This document shows, piece by piece, positions 35,747 to 48,365 of a stretch of DNA of 64,000 bases. Position numbers and translations under genes: made by a program. The stretch covers positions 62,001-126,000 of the forward strand of contig NIVC01000140.1 of the NCBI GenBank assembly GCA_002269645.1, in the 5' to 3' direction. Origin of the DNA: Macrostomum lignano. Lineage: Eukaryota. How positions within the stretch are numbered: position 1 is the stretch's first letter; each line of letters begins with the position of its first letter. The notes under the pieces were generated by a model. The model was given only the letters and a program-made list of their open reading frames with translations, ran no database searches and had not been told where the DNA came from.

Positions 35747-38700
35747 GTGAGTTGATAAAACTTACTTGTAGCTGGTTGCGTAATTGCTGCTGCCAAACAG
35801 TGGAGCGTTTCCTTTCTATTGTTGCACGCGAATGTGATAATGCTTTTGCTTGCCTCACCAAGCAAGCTGAATGCTGCTGGCTTTGTTTCCAGTATCCAGA
35901 AATAAATTATTCAGCAGCTCCTTGCCAACTTCAATACTCAGCCTGTCATCTCTGTGGCCCCATATTGGCATGCGATTAATCAGCTGTGCGGCCTGACGAT
36001 CGCGCAGCCCCGCCTGCTTCAGCAGCGCAAACAATTGACTGGGAATCCAGAGAAATGGGAAAAGCAATCCAGAAAGCAGTTGAAGAATACTTAACCGGCT
36101 GAAATTGAGACTGAGGCTGAGCACGCCTCACTGCTTCATCACCGATCCGCCACTCTGCTCAGGTGTCCCCCAAGCATGAGTGGCTGGGGACAGCGGGCGA
36201 AGAGAATTCGGGGTCAAATTAATTCCAACCCCAAGCAGCCTCCTTCCACTTCTCTTTCGCTTGCCCTGATCCACCCACCGCCTCATCCGCTCCTTGAATC
36301 GTCCGTGAGCAGCTCAAGGAAGAAGGGCTACCTATAATTTAATCCTGTCAGGACCGGGGCTCTGATTGATGAGTAAGTCCGGCTTCTCTCTGCTCTTCAC
36401 TTCCGACTCTGCTGCAAACTGGAACTGCAGTCCACTGCAAACACGGTCTGGGAGAGTTTGAGAAGCTCGTTTCTGTCCATCCTTGTTGCCACCCCGCTAA
36501 CAAGGCTTTGGAATTCGTGCCCGGTACGCGAGCGGGAGCAATGAGGCGCGCTCGAATTATCGCATTCGCCCTCGTATTATAGCTGTGACCGGCTTTCCTC
36601 GCAGAATAGCTATCTCTTGCGAGACTTGCACGAATTACATTGAAGATCTGCAATTGAGTGATGGCATTCTATCCATTCTATCCATCTGAATTTGACTGAT
36701 TCAGCGGCGGATAGACTATTCAGTAACTCAGATTCTGCAGTGTTTGATGACTGCTCACGCCTGCACCGGTGCGCACAGTTCTAAAGCAGCTGATGTATTT
36801 AGCATTCTTTCAAACTGAGACCTACATCTACAGCTTTCTGAAGTGATTTCCATCTCGCTACACAACTCCCCAATAAAGTTTGTATGAGAAGGACTTTCAG
36901 CCGTACAGTCCCCGCACAGTTTTTCACTGCAGCTTCACATAATGAGCGGCAATGGCGGCACTGCAGGTGTCCAAGGAACATACAGCTCCGGCCTTGGCTG
37001 AAATTGGGGTCTCTCTCCGCATCCTAGAAATCCCCACCTGCCTGCCGAAATCGGGGTCAGGCAGGAAACGCCCGCTGCGATTTTGCGCAGTTGCCTTAAC
37101 TCTGCAATGCGAGTGCGGAAAGTCGTCACCCGGAGCGCGGGGACCCGTAGAAAAATCTTTACAGGCGGGCTGCGTATCGATTGCGATTTACGAGCCGCCC
37201 ACCACCTTTCACCGCCAGCCACTTTGCGCTGATTCTCGTTGATTAGCGGCGAGCCCATGAGCAGCGGCTCACGTGACTGCTTGAGTGGGCCATTCGTTGC
37301 CCTCAGTGTCTGCAGCCGCCTGATCAGGTGCAGAGCACAGATAACCCAGATGAAGAAACGTCCCCAGAAGCGGTGAATGCCCGGCCTCCTTAAAGACAAA
37401 TGAGAAAAGCTGCAGGGGAGTTTTGTAAGAATGTCTGCCACAATGCAGAAGCAGTGAAAGTACTTTATCCCCCCTTATTGCTTCGTGTTTGCTTTACAAC
37501 ATTCGCAGTGAAAAGTTAGAAGGGAAAAGTTTTAAACTCTTCTTCAGTTGCTGAAAGTTTCTGGGAGTCTATGAGGCAAACTTGGCTCTGGAGGTGCAGG
37601 CAATCTCCTTTGCCTGTGATAGGACAAGGACAAGGACAGATTTCTATGCCAGATGCCTTTCAGAACCTCTGTCTCCAGGCTATCAGGCAGCCTCCACGGC
37701 TTTCATTATTAGGGAATCAACGGAGACGCTAAAGATTTCACAGAAGCTGCGAGAATCGCGGAGACTGGCGCTGAGAAACTCCCCGCTGTCTTGCATTTCC
37801 TTACTGCCGGGGCATTAAAAGCTCTGCCTGCTGCGGCTGCAGCGGATCCGCTGAGACTCGCATCGCTTCTCAGCCTCTCAGTTGACGGGGCTAATTGTGC
37901 CTCAAGAGTGCGGCATCTGCCCCGAAGGGGTGTCCGACTTTCACCCGCTAATTGGCGTGCGCGTTTTGAAAAATTCAGCAGTGGAAAATTCCCTGGCAAG
38001 CTTCTGCTGCCACTTTCCCATTGTCTCAGTATCCTGGATGTAGCTGCTTCAGGCCAGGTGATGTGCGGGGACCGCGGGCAATGAGGGATGCGTTTCAAAT
38101 CTCACGATGCAGGCGCGCTTGATTCCCACGCAAAACCGCAGCCTTCAGGCGAGGAAGGTCGGGTGAGGTTCAGGTGAGTTCCACTGGTCCAGACAAAAGA
38201 GTATAAATATCAGCAGGATGGGCACTCAGCATTGAATGAATGAACTGGCATGAGCCTGCCTTGGCGCTACTCTTAACTTTAACTTTACAGAAAAATGCCC
38301 AAAACGCTAAGTATGCTTTTGACTTTGAATATAGATTTCAAAGTTGAAATTGACAATAGGGGGAGTAACATCAAACTTAGTCATACTATTTCATTACTAA
38401 AAAATATCCACATAATTTCCGAAATTTCATCTCAGTCTTCCTGGAAGCAGCGGATTAGTCTCGAGCGATCCAGGATCAATATTCGTATGTTTGACATGGC
38501 TAAGTGATGATGCCAGATTAGATGCTGGAGTGGCCCACTTTGTTGATAGCTAAAACTTTTGATTCACACTGAGCTCAAACCTCAGTTATCTGCTGAAATC
38601 CATCTGCTGGTTTCATGCTCAGAGTCCTGCAATTTCATCGGGTAGTCGCTTCCTCGCTGCTCTATCGACTGAGAAGTTTGTTTATGTCAGTGTCAATTGC

Positions 38701-38893
38701 AACAGCGTACTGGACTTGACAAAACATTTGTGGACCGATCCACTGACTAGATTTACTTTTATTGTCCAGAAATATTGTTTCATTTTTATTGGACTGAGTT
38801 CCTTGCCTGTACCCGTGTCCCTTGTGCCCGCTATCAGTAAGCGGTATTTAGTAAAGTCATGCCCTCATCATGGATTGTTCACCAACTCATCAG

Positions 38894-39059
38894 CAGAGCG
38901 GAGCCGGGTTCGGTGGCGGCAACGGCGGTGGCGGCAGCTACTCTCTGCACCTCGGACCCCACAACCCCTGCCTGTATCCGCCCGGAGACTACGATGTGGC
39001 CTCGGCCGACTCGGGACACGGCGCCAGTGAAGAGGAGATGATGCACGGCGAGCACCGGT
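38894..39059 (+). CDS. Protocadherin cytoplasmic exon with CM1-like motif
   Basis: Phase-0 tandem acceptor catcag|cag|; encodes QSGAGFGGGNGGGGSYSLHLGPHNPCLYPPGDYDVASADSGHGASEEEMM. DSGHG resembles delta-protocadherin CM1. Donor T|gtaagt at 39060. Confidence 0.65.
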
Positions 39060-39114
39060 GTAAGTGAGAGTGCGGCATTTGTAGGTTAGAAGAGCGCATC
39101 AGTGCTGTTAAGAA

Positions 39115-39660
39115 AGGTGCAAAACACACGGGTGCTCTGTACAGGGGTGCAACATACACGGATGCTCTGTACAGGGGTGCAACATACACGGGTGCTCTGT
39201 ACAGGGGTGCAACATACACGGGTGCTTTGTACAGGCAGGGGTGCAACATACACGGGTGCTTTGTAGAGGGGTGCAAAACACACCGGTGCTTTGTACAGGG
39301 TGCAACATACACCGGTGCTCTGTACAGGGGTGCAAAACACACGGGTGCTCTGTACAGGGGTGCAACATACACGGATGCTCTGTACAGGGGTGCAACATAC
39401 ACGGGTGCTCTGTACAGGGGTGCAACATACACGGGTGCTTTGTACAGGCAGGGGTGCAACATACACGGGTGCTTTGTAGAGGGGTGCAAAATACACGGGT
39501 GCTCTGTACAGGGTGCAACATACACCGGTGCTCTGTACAGGGGTGCAAAATACACGGGTGCTCTCTACAGGGGTGCAACATACACGGCTGCTCTGTACAG
39601 GGTGCAACATACACCGGTGCTTTGTACAGGGGTGAAAAATACACCGGTGCTTTGTATTGG
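39115..39660. repeat. About 30-bp minisatellite with a 213-bp higher-order unit
   Basis: Monomer TGTACAGGGGTGCAACATACACGGGTGCTC; the CAGGCAGG variant recurs at 39228 and 39441. Confidence 0.95.
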
Positions 39661-40181
39661 GAGAAAAACATTCACAAATCCAAACCAGAATAAAGTGCTT
39701 GTGGGTGAGTTTAGTGATGCTGTGCAGCCAAGCAAAAATTTTTGCCTTAAAATAGTAAATCTTGAGTGATAGCCTCGTATTTTGACCTTGCTCTTAACCT
39801 GCATCGTTTTGTTGCTTTCGCTTGCTCGCTTTTGGTAGCTCTACTGCATTTCTGCATCACGTCATCGACTGTGTTTGAGTACGTTTCTAAGTACACTTCT
39901 CTTCCTTAAGAGAGCTCTCATACCAGCCCGTGGACATGGCATGCAATACTTTTTGCCATAATGAGTAGCAGATGGCCCACGTGTTTCATTCACTTTCAGT
40001 GCTCCTCACCCAGGGACAGACCAGGCAAAACCACAAAAATTTCTTATGAAAAGCTGCGTATCTTTTTCATTCTGTTGACATCTACAAATATAAGCACACA
40101 TCATCAACAGATTCGCTCTCACGTATTCGACAGAAGGGCTCTCTAGGGCACGTAAAGGACCCGACTTTTTTTACTTAAGAG

Positions 40182-40564
40182 ACTTGGTGATTGTGGGCTG
40201 CATGATCCATCCTAGCTCGGCACCTCGCCACAGGTCGAATCTCCGTCTCGCTTTTTCAGTCGCGGCCGCCTCCGACCACCATGCGCGATACGCCAGCCTG
40301 CCGTTTTCTGCGGCCTCCTCGTCCGTCGCTGCCTCGGCCGGCCTGCGGTCTCGCTCTCCGCTCTGCAGTTGCATTCTGGAGGAGGAGCTCCACCCGCACT
40401 GCCAGGAACGGCTTCCCCTCACGCACTGTCCGGGCGGCAGGCAGCCACTGACGCTACTGGGGGAGCCGCAGTTCTCCGCAGTGTCGTTGCAGTCGCCGCA
40501 GGGATACGGCCGATCCCTGGCCCGGCCACCGTCCACCTACGGGGCCAAGTCCGCCGCAGTTTGA
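40182..40564 (+). CDS. Possible terminal protocadherin exon (acceptor ambiguous)
   Basis: Pyrimidine tract followed by AG at 40178-79 and 40180-81, then an open frame to TGA at 40564. The second AG is phase-compatible with the 39060 donor. No conserved motif recognised. Confidence 0.3.
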
Positions 40565-41844
40565 CCAACTGGCTCGTATGATTGCCTGTTTGAGCTGATC
40601 CTTTCTGAGCAATCTAGCTGAACATATCCTCCAGCTTTCTGACCTCCCAGATGTACCTATCCCCACTGATTCAGTACACATTTCAAATTAGAGTAAAGTA
40701 TTGCTGCTGCGCTAGGCGATTTCGCTCTGTCCAACTGTCACCCAGGCAACTGTTCGCACTGCTTAAGCCTTTGTCTGCTTTGTGCGCCCAGCAATTTATT
40801 CTCATCATTTCTATTAGCGAAAAGGACTCGAAAGTGTGGCTTACATTGGTTGATCCAACTGCAGATTTGTTCAGATTCTACCCACGTAAAATCTGTAATA
40901 GATTTTTTTCAAATCTGTTCAACTTTATGAATGTAAAGCTATTCCATTTTGCGCGAACATGTAAGCTGTGTTATCGCACCCTATCCATATTTAAACTTAT
41001 CCATACCAATTAATAAATTTAAATAAAATCAATTTAGTACTTATGCTTCACCCGTGCTGCTATTGTTACATGGGAACCGGATGTCAAATCGGTTGGTACT
41101 CCAATCAAATTCTCTCATTGAGAGCTAAGCAGAATCAGTTCAATGAGCGGGCTGATATTTTATCCGCTTTGTAGTCTCCCGCTGCTGTTTTCGGCAAACT
41201 AATTGTGATAAATCACTACATGCAAATTTTAACTAAGATAAATTCCCTAATTAGTGACCAAAGACCAACGCAGTTACTGCAGGAGCGATCATCGGAGCTA
41301 GGATTATTTTTTGAACTGGCTTTTTAAGGTCAAAATGTGTTTATCAAATATATATAGGGTTACCTGTAAATTCCTCGAAAGAAAGCTGATCGGCAGATAT
41401 CTTAATTGTTAATTATCTAGCTCGTAAAAGCTCTTATCTTTATATCTCGTGAAGGCTTTGATTGCGGCTGACTCATCAGTCTCAGCTGTACTCGTATGCC
41501 ACGTTATGTTCACTATCTAGCACCCGTACAATATCAGCATTGGCTATACTCAATCTAGTCGAATTGATCAACCGCGACTTTTGTGCAGTAGTACATGCCA
41601 TTTACAACCAGTGTAAAGTTTCTTTCACAGCAGCAGTGTCTCAAATTTTTATGTAAAGCTTTTAGAGACAAAGATTCTTCAAGTGCCACCTCATCTTTTA
41701 TTGGTGCAATAAGTAAAACGACCCAAGGTCCACTCAGGGGCTAGTAAAACACGGGACGGGAAGCGTCATGTAGTCACTGGGTCCACTAGAAGTTACCATA
41801 GTATCGCTGTTACAATTCAGAGGGTCTTTGAAGAGAACTTGCCG

Positions 41845-41895
<51 letters not shown>
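41845..41895. repeat. (AAC)17 trinucleotide repeat
   Basis: Direct reading; lies in an open + frame from 41821 to 42375. Confidence 0.95.
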
Positions 41896-41897
<2 letters not shown>

Positions 41898-44359
41898 AAA
41901 CCACAACAAAAACACTCGTTCTCGTGTTATGCGAACCTGGAGCCTCGGCTCTAGCTCCTACCCAGCGCCGCGTCTTCGTCGCGGAGGGGAGGCGTCCGTC
42001 CTGGACGTCGAAGAGCGCCAGAATCTCGGACACCAAGTGCACAAGAGCCCCAAGGTCTCCGCCCAGTGGTTTCGACCTGGCCGTTGGTCACTTGTTGTCG
42101 CGACTCCTCGGTGCCCTCAACCGGGTCCCGGCCTAAGGTTGTCACTCTCCGCAGCCAACAACAACAAGAACAACAGCAAAAACAAAAAAAACTCATTTGA
42201 GTTTTTAAGTGAGCAGCGTTACAGGGCCGGCCTCCGGGGCGCCGCGGTGTCAGCGAGCAGACAGTCGATGAAACGCCGAGTGCGTGCCTATCCTCGCGCC
42301 GGTAGGGTGCCTGCAGTGTCAGCAGCACCACATCCTGCACTGACTGTTGGAATGCAGTGTACAACTCTCGACTGACTTAGCTTATAGAATGTTTAAAAGC
42401 GTTAAATATATAAACGAATATCTAAAGCAGGAAGTAAACTTGTACATTTTTAAGAGGCGCACATTCAAAATTTTGAAGGGTGACCGACCGCCCGTGCTCT
42501 CTAAATCCGCCCTTGCACTATTCCTTGCCAGCGAAATTCTTATCTATTCCGGATCACATTACAATCTCGTAGCTATTAAACAAAATATTTTTTCATTCCA
42601 AGATTCCGCAAATTGTAGTAAAAGATATACTAAAAAAGTAAACTTATTTCAATAATACCTACACTAAAAGTTAAATAATATCATGCACTAAATTCAATAT
42701 GGCATCCAATTTTAATCATTACAGAAAATCAACACGTGTTTAAAGTCAAACATTTTTCTCGTATTCAATGCGGCCGGCTATTGTCTTTGACTAGTATATT
42801 ATTTCAGAAAATTAAAATTAAAATGCCAGGATTATGATTATTTTAATTTTGATGGCAGGTTTGACCATCAGTTTTTAGTTAATTCAATACCACCTGAGCA
42901 AAATGTTTGCTCGCTTTAAAATTTTATAGATACACAAGTCATAGCACTACCTGTCTTACTATTTATCAGACCCATAGACAAATTAAAAAATATATCATAC
43001 AAGGGGATATATTATTGATACTTGCTCAGTTCAAGAAAATTGAACTGCTCAGTTCAATTCAAGTTCAATTCAAGAAAATTGAACTGCTCAGTCAAAACAA
43101 TTTGCTTTCTCTTTTGTTTCTGTGTATATTATAAAGATGTCAGAAACCCAATTGCACAAAAAAAATTATAAAAGACTAAATATTTTGACAATTTCTAGAT
43201 AATAAAAATTCAAGTCTTGTTTTGTACTAGGTTTTTTTTCTTGTTAGCTTGAATACTTATTGGTTTGTGAAAATCATTGTATTATTGTAAGCATAAACCC
43301 AATAATGCATTTCCTAATTCTAGTTCAATTTTGCTCTTTCTCTTCTTGAATATAGTGAATAAAATCTATTAGCATGCCTGATAGGCCCTACTGCTTCTTC
43401 TCAGTAATGTATTGTTTTTTCGACATCACTATTAGACCCCACTATAAATTTTCGACTTCACTGTAAATTTGGACTTCTTGAACTTAGATATATAAAATTG
43501 GCCCCATGAAGACTCTACTTTACCCTAACCCCCAATGCCAAATGCCTTAATAGTTGATCATTAACCTTAATGACTACTACTAGGTATTCCTAAGGGTCTG
43601 AATTACATCTAAACTTCAGTAGGGCTCCATGAAGATTGAATATTAGGTATATAAAATAAATCCCCATAAAAAATCTTCTTATCTTTAAACTTCATGTCTC
43701 AATAGTTAGTTTCATGCTACATGGATTTGGGTTCAATCTACATAGAAATGAGGCTTAAATTTGAAATCATCATCAAAAACATCCTCAAGTCAATACAAAT
43801 TGCATTATTATTGAAACTAGAACTGCTTTATATGCCTAAAATTCAAAAGGTCCTCAAATTACTATTTCTATGATTTTTTTAATACTAAAAGCTATTTGCT
43901 CATAGTGCTACTAAGTTACTCATTTTCGAAAGTAATTATTAAAAAAATTGGCTACTGATTGATGTATTAAAATTTTATACATAAAGAAAATGCTTTATGT
44001 ATATTTGTTTTAAAATCATTTATATAATATAAAAGTATTTCAATAAGCATTTGAGTTTATACTAGTGGCAAACAAGATAATACACACTCTAGAAAACATA
44101 GAAATTTTGTATTGACAATTAAATTTTTTACTTCTGCACTGACTTAAAAAAGTTCCTATGTTGTTAATATCTAATCAAAATTGGTTTTGGGCAAAAGGAA
44201 GGGCTTTCAAGATAATTTTCACCACCTTAACAACACAACTTTACTTTAGTATATGCATTCTGAACAAAATACAAAATTTTTCTAGTTTTCTATGGTGAAA
44301 AATGGTGAAAATATGGTGAGAGATGGTGAAAAACAGCAAATCTAATTTGGAGCATACTG

Positions 44360-45650
44360 CCCTGGTTGTCCTGACTCAGATCAGGCGCGCCGTGGGCACC
44401 ACTTGGGGGTTCACCCCCAGGAAGCTGTGGTGGATTTACACTGCCATTATCCGCCCTCGATCAGTTACGCCGGCCTCTCATGCCACCGGCTAGCGGCCTG
44501 AGCGTCAAGTGCAACCTCGACTTGAATTCCTGAAAGGCATGAATTCCTTTCTCAGTGCCCCTCCTCTGTATATTTATATCAAAGGAGAGGCGGCGAAGAG
44601 CAACCGGCGCCTTTTGGATCCTGGGGTGGTCTTAAAAAATTGCGGGCCTTTAAAAAGCGGTCGCTAATCCCACACTCCGACCTCTGCCTCAAGACTCTCG
44701 AGGAGTGTGGCGGGCTCAACATCCTCACGGACTCGATCCCAGCCACCCTTCTCCTGAGCATAAGGTATAGGTGAGTGGCTCAATTAGGCATGGTCTTTCT
44801 GGCGGCTTCGGAGCATGCGTCCTCATCAAGAGAGTAGCGGTGTGGATCTACTCCCAGCACACTGGACTCAATTCCAGTGTTTTTCAGAACGAGGTGCTTG
44901 CCATCAGCTCCTGCGCGGCAGAGCTACGCGAAAGGCAGCTTAGCGGTCGGAAATTAATTTTTCAGTGTGACAGCCAAGCAGCCCTACGGGCCCTTTGCCG
45001 CTGCACAGCTTTAAATCTGTCTTGTACTGCAACGCCCAGCTCAACAGGCTTGCGCTAGGCAACCAAGTGGAGCTCAAATGGATCCCGGGCCACGCTGGTT
45101 TCCTCGACAACGAGCGCGCTGACCTGCTGGCCAAGGCAGGCTCCGCCGGTGCGTTTCTGGGCCCCCATCACCGCTTCGGTGATCAACTCCCGTGCCAGGT
45201 GCTGGGCTGACTCCGAGCATCTCCGCAGATGGCACGACACCCAGAATTTCGGGCAATCCCGTACTGCCCGCACTTGTCCCTTCCTTCTCCTGCGCAGAGC
45301 CCTCCTTAGGTTCAACTGCAGGGATCTTAAAGCAGTTAGCATGGCCCTCTTCGAGCATGGCCGCCTCTCTCGCCGACGCTTCCTTCAGGGCCAAATACCC
45401 AAGGAGCGGTGAAACTTCCGCCGCTCAGGCAGTGAAGACGCCGAGCACTTTATCTGCAGCTGCACGGTCTTCGCCAGGGCCAGGCTCACTCACCTCGGGC
45501 CAAACCCGGTTGTCTCAGATGTTTGCAGGCCCGAGAGCATACCGCTGCTCGCCCGGTACCTCAGGGACACGCGACGAACTGAGTTCTTCTTCCCCACCGC
45601 CGTTGAAGAGGATCGCGCTGCAGGCGAGACTGACTGGTCTTCCTGAGCGA
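44360..45650 (+). mobile_element. Decayed 3' part of a non-LTR retrotransposon (R1/LOA-like, RNase H-encoding)
   Basis: Frameshifted fragments in the expected order: [25 protein letters not shown]; PPLYIYIKGEA; RNase H SVFQNEVLAI, CDSQAAL, WIPGHAGFLDNERADLLAKAG; C-terminal EDAEHFICSC..FARARL.HLG. RT core and poly(A) tail not seen. Confidence 0.85.
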
Positions 45651-46525
45651 CATCGCTTCGATGGAAGTCATTGATCGACAGGGGCTAGCGGAATGGGCGG
45701 TCTCCCCCGCCAGAAGATGCCTCATGCAGCTTGCAATAGTACTACTGGAGACTTCCAAACGTGCAAAATGCTAGGAAATCACTCGGCTTTTCAAATGTCT
45801 CTTCAGTGCATGTTTTTTGTTTTCGTTAAGTCTGTACGTACTTTAAAAGTTACAAAACTGCAGCGGTCTATAGCCGCTTTGCTGGAACAACAGATTTGCT
45901 CTTTGCCACTTTACCCAGGGTGGCATGCAGTTTTGATTGGAATCGTAGAAACACTTGCAAGTGTCTTGGATACCTGGGTGGCCTTGAACCCAGGTCCATA
46001 TACTCCATTCTGTCTGGACTCTGGACTTCATATTCCGAGCTGTCTGGGTCGCCCAGTCTCCTGAACAGCCTTTTCTGCCCTGCCACGGCTAATTAACAGC
46101 TGAGTAGCCCATCTTAGATCTCTGTGGTTTCTTCTCTACCCTCGGCATCGCCTCGAGACTTGTTGAGCAGCCATCGCCCCCTTCTTGGACGCCTCGACCT
46201 GTCACTCATCTGGGAGTGGCTGGGCTACCAGTGCTTCTTAAACAAATACCACAGCTTTCATCGGTGTAGCTCTCACTCAACATTTGCACACCGCAGGCGC
46301 TCGTTTTCAATCCCACCCAGCGCTCGGAGCCGAGCCTTCAACAGCCTAGCACTCTTTCCAATCTTCTCATTGGCTAACCAGCCGCATCTACTCGCTTTGC
46401 TTACTTTTTCTCTTCACTTTTTTCTGCTTTTGCTTCAGCAATTTTCTTTAACTGCTGCATCAGCATTGCTTTTGCTTCATGTTCTGCTCATTGCTTCTGC
46501 TTTTGCTCCTGACCAGCCCCTGATA

Positions 46526-46751
46526 ATGGAGACTCGGGCCAAGCGGCGCAGTCTGGTCTTGCCCAGCAGACCGCTGCCGGCCACTGCCAACCCTCGCTTC
46601 AGCCAGGTGCTCCGCGAGTCCGGCTTCCAGTGCATCATGGAGGCCTCCGACCAGTCCGAGGATTCAGACAGCTCGGACAGTTCTCAAAACATGTCCTCCT
46701 TCGTTGCTTGTGGTGGGGAGCCGGCAGCTCCCGTATGCAAGTACCTGATCG
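46526..46751 (+). CDS. STARD13: DLC1/STARD13/cv-c-type RhoGAP, probable first coding exon
   Basis: ATG GAG ACT to ATC G|gtgaga; phase 1 supplies the G of GAA (E) for the SAM exon. Could instead be an internal exon (acceptor at 46516). Confidence 0.55.
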
Positions 46752-47776
46752 GTGAGAGAAGTTGACAGGACCGTCATCTTTGTCCTTTTCGCCACCTGAA
46801 ATCCTCGTTGAGTCAGCAATCGCATTTTCCGTTTTCCTATTTCCTTGCATTTTATATAATGTAAATGAATACGTTTTATTCTGGCTTTGAACCCTGGCTT
46901 CATTTTTCTGGCGGATTATTGCACTGCTTCTATCGATCAAATTTGCAAGTCTAATACTCATACTCACCGTCCTTAGAAAACCCTATCGGCTCTGCATAGC
47001 TTGTTGAATGATTAATAGTACTTTCAGTCTGATGGTTTTTTCCTGAACACTACGTGATCTTCTTATCTCTGGGTATTAAAAAATGACCACTGAGCACTTA
47101 TATTGCTACTTAAAGTACGCTCGAATCATTTCCCTGAAGTCTGCGTCAAGATATTCAGATCACAGATATGTTTACTGGGCTTAGATAGTTCGCAAAGGCT
47201 TTGGGCACTGCCGCAATCAAGGCGACAGTCAACCCACAGCCAGCAGAGACACGTAGCTATACTCATTCCGCCGACTCCTGTGCAGGCACACACATTGGAT
47301 GTACAGCGGCACTGAGCTTCTCACTGTAGGCATGTACACATTGTGCATTGGAGGTTGGGCATTATGGGAATGAATCATGCCAGCCGCGGGCCTTCTGTGA
47401 GTCCCAAACTAATGTGTTCGTTCGGAAAACCAATCCCAGGTACTTTGGCTGTTATACCCTGTTCCCCTCTTCGGGGTTTTGCATGAAACAGCCTCTGGAA
47501 CTTTCCCAATAGTTAGTTTTCCCAATAGAGATCAAGTCTGGCGCTGTGGAGTTTCAGACACACTTTATGACTGATGCACACTAAGCGCATGTGAGCGTGA
47601 TCCCTTAAGGGTCGTTGACTCCGCCATCAAACGAAACCGAATTTTGTGTTCACACGACTTGTGCATAAATTGCGTGATCTGATAGCTCTTTGATGGAGTT
47701 GTCAACGATTTTATGCTCTATGCTCACCTGCAATACTGATCCATGTAACCCCTGTGCGCAATCGCAATCTCTTCAG

Positions 47777-47842
47777 AAGCAGCGGCCATCTGCAACTGGC
47801 TGGAGGAGGCCGGATTCCCGCAGCTAGTCAAGGATTACAACG
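47777..47842 (+). CDS. STARD13: RhoGAP gene, SAM-domain N-terminal exon
   Basis: cttcag|AA...AAC G|gtgagt; EAAAICNWLEEAGFPQLVKDYN matches the DLC-family EAKEACDWLRAAGFPQYAQLYE. Confidence 0.85.
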
Positions 47843-48365
47843 GTGAGTGACACTGCCACTTTACACCTGACATTGTCAGAATTGAAACTTTCCAAAACAT
47901 ATTTGGTGGCTAAATTTGTCTGCCGAAGTTTTGAGCAGTTTCGGCTGGAGTCCCTCAGTGTGAAACTTTCACTAGCTAAGTTTTCCTAGGCTTATATTTT
48001 CTGAGTTGCAGCAAATCCAACCCGACAGAAATCTGGGAGATTAAGTATCCGAAATTCCCTGGGGACTTTGAAAGGCATCGATTTCACTCTCGGAGCTGGG
48101 ATCAAAAGGTAGATTTGCCTGTCCGGAAAGCAGTTCTGCCCCAGATTAATCCCTACGCTACGAGTTTTGGAGCAAATTTTTAGCTCATCGGGTTGATGGC
48201 GATGGGAGACTGACTGGGATTGCTAGGCTGTGCTCACTGCTGCCTCATTTCCGCTGCCTTTCCTTTTCTACTCGGCCTTCCAGCCGGACTTCTTCAGCCG
48301 ACCGACAACAACCCTGCTGCTGCCGCTGCGCTCACCCCTCGCTGGTCTGGCCTCAGCCAGGAGTA

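Noticed and set aside
38989-39769. Cys/His-rich ORFs (TEHPCMLHPC) resembling metal-binding proteins
   Set aside because: Six-frame products of the 30-bp intronic minisatellite.
42501-42515. CTAAATCCGCCCTTG, an hAT-style terminus like 3444-3458
   Set aside because: No partner terminus or TSD found; at most a solo relic.
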